Positions 39,185 to 64,000 of a stretch of 64,000 bases of DNA are shown in pieces. Under the pieces are notes generated by a model. The model was not told where the DNA came from. It was given only the letters and a program-made list of their open reading frames with translations, and made no database searches. Each line of letters begins with the position of its first letter. Within the stretch, counting starts at the first letter, position 1. Position numbers and translations under genes: made by a program. Source of the DNA: Macrostomum hystrix (Eukaryota; Animalia; Platyhelminthes); the NCBI GenBank assembly GCA_950097015.1, contig CATNEN010000039.1:15562001-15626000 (forward strand). Reading direction: 5' to 3'.

Positions 39185-40733
39185 ACCAAGCCGAGTTTCA
39201 AACTGTTAATTTGATCAATTGATTGATTCACTGTTTTTCTATCAATTTTCTTCGCGTATAAGTGAAAAAGAGATCGAACATATTTAATTCTATAGTTTCG
39301 CTGCAAAAGAAACGAATTGATGTTTTCTACTTACAAAAGTATCACTCTGGCGTCGCGTGATAGACACTGCTGACCTTGAGTGAGCTAAAAATAGCACCCG
39401 CGTCAACTTATGTCTCCCTGTATTGGATGCTAAAAATAGAAACACAAGCATCACGTGCCGTTTGACCTTGAAAATGTCAGAATATCATGCTACAGTTTAA
39501 TCCGTTTCTAATTGACAGCGTTAATTAATGTAATGTAATTTAATATGTTAAATAAAATAAGAGTGCGTGCGTGCGTGCGTACGAGCGAACAGGTTAGGGA
39601 ATAGAAATGCGCTTACTATAATTTGTAACTACGGGCAAATATTGCTGAAGATCAAGGATTAGCAGGTTTGTGTTTTCCGATTCAAATCTTATAAAAAGAA
39701 ACATTCGCCTCTGATCAGTCGAATAGCTAAAACTGACTAAAGACTAAAGACTTTAATTTTATTGTAATACACATATAGACTAGCTTCTAAATAACATTTA
39801 GTGTTTTATTTTTCAATTCTATTTCCGCTACGATGCTATCATCTGATTTAGTGTTATAGTGTTTCCTTTTATTATATTTGAGCTGTATTTTTACAGCGGG
39901 AAAAGACTAGTTAGAATTGCAAGCAATAATTCAACCCTTAGCATCTTGACTATGGTAAATCATCATTTCATGGTATTTTCAGTTGTTTTCTCACTCGCCT
40001 ACTAACAGTAGTTTAGCGAGAATATCTTATTTTTACTACATGTTCACTTTTAAAAAATTACAGCTCCTAGTGTTGTGGATTCCCAAGGAACTAATATTTA
40101 ATATTTGAGTTCTGGTTTGTTCATTTAGTGCTGCTACTATTCTTGGTTACACAACACTGTGTATGGGGGATAAAAGCTGGTTTTTCGAGTGTCTAGACAC
40201 ATTGTGCTGGGCGCATTCAAAATTTAGCTTTTGTTTGCACTTTTTATTTCTTTATATAAGTGGAAAGTTCTTTAATGAGAGAGTTTAGATGCGGAGCAGA
40301 TTAGAACAGGAGGGGAGACTAGGTTTGCAGAGATTAGATTAGGAGAATATTGGATATGGCTCAGGAATTGAATTAAGGGAATATTGGTTTAGAAAAAGAT
40401 GAGATTAGGAGGAGATGAAATTCGTATCGGAGCTGGGATTAGTGAGCGGTTCGATAAAGAAAAGAATCGGATTTTTGACGAGTTGTCATTGGATTATGAT
40501 AGGAGATGGGATTAGGATTGGTGATGGGATTAGGATTAGAGGTTGGATTCGGAATTGGGATGAGGATTAGGATAGGATTGGATTAGGAGCTGATAAGATT
40601 ATCAGACAGTTGAATTGATTGGGAAGCGATACGATCATGAGAGAGCATGAGGTGGAGTATCGAGCTGCATGTCTAATTTGCAGCTCGCCATAATTACTGA
40701 GCAGCCAAGCTAGACCTACTCAACGCAGAAGCA

Positions 40734-42531
40734 ATGTCTGGCGTGCTGAGAAAATGTGCAGCCCTATTCGGCACAGCCGCCGCTATTGGCGCCTATCGCT
40801 ACTATCAGCGCCTCGAGGACGGCTCCTCGGATGTGTTCGGCGGTCATCGCTACGGCAGCTCGGGTGGAGTCGGCCTGCTGGCTCGCCTTCTTCACTCCAG
40901 CCAGGCTCTGGCCTCCTTCACTAATAACTTTGAGCCATCGGTGCGCTGGGACAGCAACTGGGACAGGCGGGATCCCAAGAGTCTGGTTCGCGCGCCTCGG
41001 TCGGACGAGGACCGGGCCGCCTACGAGAAGGCCCTGGCTGAGGCCGTGCCAAAGGCGTCCCGGCATCTCATCCTGGTGCGGCACGCTCAGTACATGGACG
41101 GCGAGACCGACACGGCGAGGTGCCTGACTGACCTGGGATGGCAGCAGGCCGAACTCACCGGCCACAGATTGAAGGAGCTCAATTTGCCGCTCAATAAAGT
41201 GCACTTCTCCACTATGACTAGGGCCAGGTGAGACCTCTAGAATCATCCATCACAACTTTAGGATGATCCGCCCTATCTTCAGATTCATCCGCCCTATCCT
41301 CAGGGTTATTCGCCCTATTTTCTGGGTGAACCGCCCAATCTTCAGGTCATCCAACTAATCTTCAGGGTGATCCGCCCTATCTTCAGGGTGATCCGCCGAA
41401 CTTCAGGATCATCCGCTAATCTTCAGGATGATAACTATAACTTCAGGGTGATCCACTAAAACTTAATGTCTTTGTTATCTGCCGCCTAGTTTTATTATGA
41501 TTGTTCTTTGTTTCTATTTTCTTTTTTTCAGGCAAACCGCTGAAACCATCCGGCGCCACCTGCCAAGCGGCCTCAGTGCCGAGCCCTGCTCCCTGCTAGA
41601 GGAGGGCGCACCTGTGCCACCTGAACCGCCTGTGCCTCACTATCAGCCTAGCCCGGACACTTTTCATCAGGTGTGCGATCCATCCGCCCTCCCCATCAAT
41701 CCATCCGCCCTCTCCATCGATCCAACCGCCCTCCCCATCGATCCAACCGCCCTCCCCATCGATCCATCCGCCCTCCCCATCGATCCATCCGCCCTCCCCA
41801 TCGATCCATCCGCCCTCCCCATCGATCCATCCGCCCTCCCCTATTGATGAATCCGCCCTCCTATTGATGAATCCGCCCTCCTATTGATGAATCCGCCCTT
41901 CTATTGATGAATCCGCCCTCATTGATGAATCCGCCCTCGTATTGATGAATCCGCCCTCCTATTGATGAATCCGCCCTCCTATTGATGAATCCGCCCTCCA
42001 AATCGCTCCATCCGCCCTCCATATCGCTCCATCCGCCCTCCATATCGCTCCATCCGCCCTCCATATCGCTCCATCCGCCCTCCATATCGCTCCATCCGCC
42101 CTCCATATCGCTCCATCCGCCCTCCTTTTGTTTCATTCGCCCTCGCATTACGTTCTAGAGTTTCGCTTCTCTTCGCTTCTCTAATACCAATGCTACTATT
42201 AGTAGGATTATTTGCAAACATTGTTTTTGTATTTTGTTTATTTAAACTTGATCTCTAGGACGGCGCCCGCATCGAGTCGGCGTTTCGCCGATTCTTTCAC
42301 CGGGCCTCGCCAAGCCAGGCCGAGGACAGCTACGAGCTGCTAGTCTGCCACGGCAACGTCATTCGCTACTTCGTCTGTCGCGCACTGCAGCTACCGCCAG
42401 AGGCTTGGCTGAGATTCAACCTGGATCACTGCTCAATCACCTGGGTCACTATTAGACCCAATGGGCGGGTCTCAGTTCGCTACGTTGGCAACTCGGGTCA
42501 CATTCCGGCCGAGAAGTGCACTTCAGTTTGA
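40734..42531 (+). CDS. PGAM5: Mitochondrial Ser/Thr protein phosphatase PGAM5 (about 301 aa)
   Basis: Exons 40734-41227, 41532-41670 and 42259-42531 join in frame. Hydrophobic N-terminal anchor, WDSNWD motif, LVRHAQY catalytic motif, [37 protein letters not shown] and [24 protein letters not shown]. Confidence 0.95.
41677..42124. repeat. Three abutting 20-21 bp arrays sharing an ATCCGCCCTCC core in PGAM5 intron 2
   Basis: Blocks of ATCGATCCATCCGCCCTCCCC, ATTGATGAATCCGCCCTCCT and ATATCGCTCCATCCGCCCTCC. Confidence 0.93.
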
Positions 42532-42669
42532 TCGTTTCGTTATTTTATTTTATTACTGTTTTATTGTTTGTCTACGTGTAGTTACGGGTTATGCTCCCTA
42601 TATTCAGGTCAATCATCCCTATTATCAATGTGATCCGCCCACCTTCAGGGACTTCACCTTTTTTGTCTG

Positions 42670-43640
42670 AATGATCCGCCCAATCTTCAGGAGGATCCGC
42701 CTTTATCTTCAGGATGATCCGCCAAGTCTTCAGGATGATCTTCCCAATCTTCAGGGTGATTCGCTAAATCTTCAGGGTGATTCGCTAAATCTTCAGGATG
42801 ATCCACCTTTATCTTCAGGATGATCCGCCAAGTCTTCAGGATTATCCGCCCAAACTTCAGGATGATCCGCCCTTATCTTCAGGATGATTCGCCCAGTCTT
42901 CAGGATGATCCGCCCAATCTTCAGGAGGATCCGCCTTTATCTTCAGGATGATCTTCCCAATCTTCAGGGTGATTCGCTAAATCTTCAGGATGATCCACCT
43001 TTATCTTCAGGATGATCCGCCAAGTCTTCAGGATTATCCGCCCAAACTTCAGGATGATCCGCCCTTATCTTCGGGATGATTCGCCCAGTCTTCAGGATGA
43101 TCCGCCCAATCTTCAGGAGGATCCGCCTTTATCTTCAGGATGATCTTCCCAATCTTCAGGGTGATCCGCTAAATCTTCAGGAGGATCCGCCTTTATCTTC
43201 AGGATGATCTTCCCAATCTTCAGGGTGATCCGCTATATCTTCAGGATGATCCGCCCAATCTTCAGGGTGATCCGCCCAATCTTAAGGATGATCCGCCCTA
43301 TCTTCAGGATGATCCGCCCAATCTTCAGGGTGATCCGCCCAATCTTAAGGATGATCCGCCCTATCTTCAGGATGATCCGTCCAATCTTCAGGGTGATCCG
43401 CCCAATCTTCAGGATGATCCGCCCAATCTTAAGGGTGATCCGCCCTATCTTCAGGATGATCCGCCCCATCTTCAGGGTGATCCGCCCTTATCTCCAGGAT
43501 GATGCACCCAATCCTGTCCCCAACTTCATTCTCATCCACCCTATCTTCATGGCTATTCGCCCTATCTTCAGGGTGATCAGCCCTATCTTCAGGGTAATCA
43601 GCCCTATCTTCAGGGTAATCAGCCCTATCTTCAGGATCCG
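42670..43640. repeat. 21 bp minisatellite GATCCGCCCAATCTTCAGG(A/G)T downstream of PGAM5 (also degenerate in intron 1, 41260-41460)
   Basis: Tandem array with 7-aa periodicity in the spurious ORF. Confidence 0.93.
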
Positions 43641-44179
43641 GCCTGTCTCTAGTGTTATCTGCCCCTTCGTTTTTGGACCATAAGACACATAAAGTTGCTT
43701 TTCTGTATCTGGTGACCTTTCTGTCTTAACTTCTATGTTGGGAAATTCTTCTTATTAAGTAGTAAGCGTAAATCTAAATTAAAATTTTAGCCTTTCAGCA
43801 GAAACTATCATTTTTATATTAAACCATTTTAAGTAATATATTGTCAATGCCAAATAAAATTCTTGTATTTTCTCTAATACAAGATAATCACGTGTATTTT
43901 CTGAATGTTCGACATCTAATTACTTTAATGTACTTTTCAATTCAACATATTGACTTGAAGGCACTGTTAAATTTATTTTCGATAGTGCAAGTTTAAACCT
44001 ATGGATTGATATTAAAATCTATTGGCATGGTTAAAGATTACATAAAATGGGTGCGTTTCGGCTTTGAGGCCCCTGTTTTGTGTGACAGTCGCAGTATGAA
44101 CTCAACTTTCTGAATCATTTGAAACTAATATTGCCAACGTGGCCTGCTTGTCACAGACTTGTTGCTTAAATTCAATCAT

Positions 44180-46365
44180 TCCACTGATCTCCCTATTACC
44201 ATTGCCGTTGATTCACTGATTTCCCGATTCACATCGATTCACTGATTTCCCTATTCCCATAGCCATCGATTCACTGATTTCCCTATTCCCATAGCCATTG
44301 ATTCACTGATTTCCCTATTCCCATAGCCATCAATTCACTGATTTCCCTATTCACATCGATTCACTGATTTCCCTATTCCCATAGCCATCGATTCACTGAT
44401 TTCCCTATTCCCATAGCCATTGATTCACTGATTTCCCTATTCCCATAGCCATCAATTCACTGATTTCCCTATTCACATCGATTCACTGATTTCCCTATTC
44501 ACATCGATTCACTGATTTCCCTATTCACATCGATTCACTGATTTCCCTATTCACATCGATTCACTGATTTCCCTATTCACATCGATTCACTGATTTCCAC
44601 TCTTCCCATAGCCATTAATTCACTGATTTCCCTATTCACATCGATTCACTGATTTCCCTGTTCCCATAGCCATCGATTCACTGATTTCCCTATTCCCAAA
44701 GCCATCGATTCACTGATTTCCCTGTTCCCATAGCCATTGATTCACTGATTTCCCTATTCCCATAGCCATCGATTCACTGATTTCCCTATTCCCATAGCCA
44801 TTGATTCACTGATTTCCCTATTCCCATAGCCATCGATTCACTGATTTCCCTATTCCCATAGCCATCGATTCACTGATTTCCCTATTCCCATAACCATCGA
44901 TTCACTGATTTCCCTATTCCCATAGCCATCGATTCACTCATTTCCCTGTTCCCAAAGCCATCGATTCACTGATTTCCGTGTTCCCAAAGCCATCGATTCA
45001 CTGATTTCCCTATTCACATCGATTCACTGATTTCACTATTCCAATAGCCATCGATTCACTGATTTCCATATTCCCATAGCCATCGATTCACTGATTTCCC
45101 TATTCCCATAGCCATCGATTCACTGATTTCCATATTCCCATAGCCATCGATTCACTGATTTCCCTATTCCCAAAGCCATCGATTCACTGATTTCCCTATT
45201 CCCAAAGCCATCGATTCACTGATTTCCCTATTCCCATAGCCATCGATTCACTGATTTCCCTATTCCCATAGCCATCGATTCACTGATTTCCCTATTCCCA
45301 TAGCCATTGATTCACTGATTTCCCTATTCCCATAGCCATCAATTCACTGATTTCCCTATTCACATCGATTCACTGATTTCCCTATTCCCATAGCCATCGA
45401 TTCACTGATTTCCCTATTCCCATAGCCATTGATTCACTGATTTCCCTATTCCCATAGCCATCAATTCACTGATTTCCCTATTCACATCGATTCACTGATT
45501 TCCCTATTCACATCGATTCACTGATTTCCCTATTCACATCGATTCACTGATTTCCCTATTCACATCGATTCACTGATTTCCCTATTCACATCGATTCACT
45601 GATTTCCCTATTCACATCGATTCACTGATTTCCACTCTTCCCATAGCCATTAATTCACTGATTTCCCTATTCACATCGATTCACTGATTTCCCTGTTCCC
45701 ATAGCCATCGATTCACTGATTTCCCTATTCCCAAAGCCATCGATTCACTGATTTCCCTGTTCCCATAGCCATCGATTCACTGATTTCCCTATTCCCATAG
45801 CCATCGATTCACTGATTTCCCTATTCCCATAGCCATCGATTCACTGATTTCCCTATTCCCATAGCCATCGATTCACTGATTTCCCTATTCCCATAACCAT
45901 CGATTCACTGATTTCCCTATTCCCATAGCCATCGATTCACTCATTTCCCTGTTCCCAAAGCCATCGATTCACTGATTTCCGTGTTCCCAAAGCCATCGAT
46001 TCACTGATTTCCCTATTCACATCGATTCACTGATTTCACTATTCCAATAGCCATCGATTCACTGATTTCCATATTCCCATAGCCATCGATTCACTGATTT
46101 CCATATTCCCATAGCCATCGATTCACTGATTTCCCTATTCCCATAGCCATCGATTCACTGATTTCCATATTCCCATAGCCATCGATTCACTGATTTCCCT
46201 ATTCCCAAAGCCATCGATTCACTGATTTCCCTATTCCCATAGCCATCGATTCACTGATTTCCCTATTCCCATAGCCATCGATTCACTGATTTCCATATTC
46301 CCATAGCCATCGATTCACTGATTTCCCTATTCCCAAAGCCATCGATTCACTGATTTCCCTGTTCC
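44180..46365. repeat. 32/26 bp satellite ATCGATTCACTGATTTCCCTATTC(CCATAGCC/AC), about 2.2 kb
   Basis: Long and short monomers interspersed, with an internal duplication of about 1 kb. Confidence 0.96.
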
Positions 46366-47921
46366 TTGGCTTCAGTCAGCTGATTGTAATCCTCAAACAT
46401 CTGTTAAGTACAATCTGATGGCCACCGTGTGTTAGCTCCCTATTTGCTATGGCTCGTGCAGTTTTAAAAGTACACAGTCGGTGCCGCATGTGCCGAATTG
46501 TCGCAATGTCTATTTTTAAAGCTGATTTCACTGAGTCACATGAGAAAACTTAATGCGTGCGCGTCTTTTAATTTTTAGCAGATAGTGCGCTTCTGGCATG
46601 GCAACGGCATAGCAACACCATTAGTATTGTTATGATAATATGCGCAAATAACCTTCCCGGCCAAATAATTCAGACTCAGCGTAATCTTCAGACTGACGCA
46701 AGGGATTATTTTTAACCTTTCAGTTGTTGTTTATTTTGAACATCATTTAGTCATGGTGTTGCAACATTGTAGGCGTGGCGTAAATTATAGTCAACTCGCC
46801 TTCTCTCCCTGTACTCTGTCCTGACTCCGCACTAATATTAGTTTTGCGGAGGATTGGGAGGGAGAAGGTTGAGTCTATCCCAGTCTTATTTTAGCAAAAA
46901 TTGAAGCCAGTTGAATGTCGTAAGTTCTATCTATATCTCGGTGAAACGGCATGTGACCGGTCGACCTGTCTCTAAGTCCAGACTAATTCCAGTGTATATG
47001 CGCACTGCAACTAGCAAAAACAGCACTGAGGCCGGCAAAGTACTATTCTGCCTTAATGCGCTACATGGCACGAACGAAAATACTATTCGATTATAAATAG
47101 CAATGACGAGAACGAGCGTCACTGTTGATTGTGTCAGTGTGTTGATTTTCCTTTGCATCTTCAATTGCCTACTCATAGTAGGAATCTTAACTTCAATTTG
47201 ACTTTTCAATTTCTGTCTGCCCAATCCGGCATGCCATTGGCTGGGCAGGAAGGAAGTGAAGGCGGGTGGGTTTTTGGTTTTAGCGTTTTAACAATGCCAC
47301 TATAGTCTATAGACACGCCTAGCCAACCACCCCATTTGAAACTCCTACGCCTGCCCGCTCTGCCCCAGCCCCCTTTCCTTCTATATTTCTCACCCGGCCG
47401 CCACCCACCACCCCTTTCCTCACTCGCGCGACCTCCCAGTGGCCTGCCCCACCACCCCACAAACACCCTCCACGGGGGCCCCATATAATTTTATCGATCT
47501 GAGAACGCGGGCCTACACCCACTTCAGAGACAGACGCGCCCCCCATTCGCAGGTTCCAAAACTTTATAAAGAGACCCAATAAAATTAAAGGGCCTTTCCC
47601 ACATATAACACGGCTTCGCTAGTCCTACACAGGCTACAAAGCTTGTCAGGGTCCTTTGCTTTCCTATCTCTCTCAGCCCACCTACGCATTTTAGCTTCTC
47701 CTCGAATACACCCACCCCACTACGCGCTACACCCCACTACGCTGTTCCACGCGGTATCTAAATAATTTGCCGCCCCCAGCCGCGACCAGTGACTGGAGAA
47801 GACGGTACCAGACGTATTAATAAGAGCTTTAGCTATTCAAATAGAATTCTCTCTTGCTTTCAATTGCCAAAAGAAAACTTCTTGGCACTTTGCCACAATA
47901 CTTGAGTGTAGTAGTTCAATT

Positions 47922-63594
<15,673 letters not shown>

Positions 63595-64000
63595 TTGTCC
63601 GATTCAGGAATTCGACTTAAAACTGATGGAACAGTTACCTACTGAGCTGTTTCCAAATTAGTTTGAAAGAGCTTGCTTGCATTATTCAGCTTAGTCTAGA
63701 CGGCTCCGGAATCGAATCTCCGGCAGGACTTTATTTTGCCTCTTGCTGTCAGATGTACTTTTATTGATTGAATATTCATTTCTCAGCACTAACCAGCTTA
63801 GTAATGTAATGTGAACGATTTTTTTCTATATGTAGTTTAGTTTAGTAATTAAACACCTCTTTGAAAAACCATTGCTGTTGTTGCTTGTGTCTTTCTGACG
63901 CTAGCCCGTTTTTCGCAAATTCGAATTTCGCTTTCAAGTAGTATGTATTGTCACTTGCTGAAGCGATAAAAAATTCCGCGAATCATCAACATGTGTCTCG

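Overview
Eukaryotic (animal) genomic DNA. The GC-rich poly-Q exons and dense 14-42 bp minisatellites resemble the flatworm Macrostomum, but that assignment is an inference. Six intron-containing genes were rebuilt by hand from splice signals and exon phase. One is on the minus strand: the 5' part of a FARP/FRMD7-like FERM gene. Five are co-oriented on the plus strand: a USP4/11/15-like deubiquitinase lacking its catalytic His (probable pseudo-DUB, with a GC-AG intron holding a 5.5 kb satellite), a neuropathy target esterase (PNPLA6/7, swiss cheese), PRELID1, PGAM5 and a Src42A/FRK-like tyrosine kinase. Most introns and intergenic gaps carry their own tandem minisatellite, and most long ORFs in the supplied track are artefacts of these arrays. 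Mobile DNA comprises a TIR/TSD MITE, a decayed mariner transposase, a 5'-truncated RNase H-bearing LINE with a 16 bp TSD, and a tRNA-derived SINE that split a satellite array. The leading hypotheses are a trans-spliced operon-like cluster in which the NTE gene has no local start codon and may take its AUG from the spliced leader, the pseudo-DUB, and the one-array-per-intron architecture, including an array built of splice-donor motifs.
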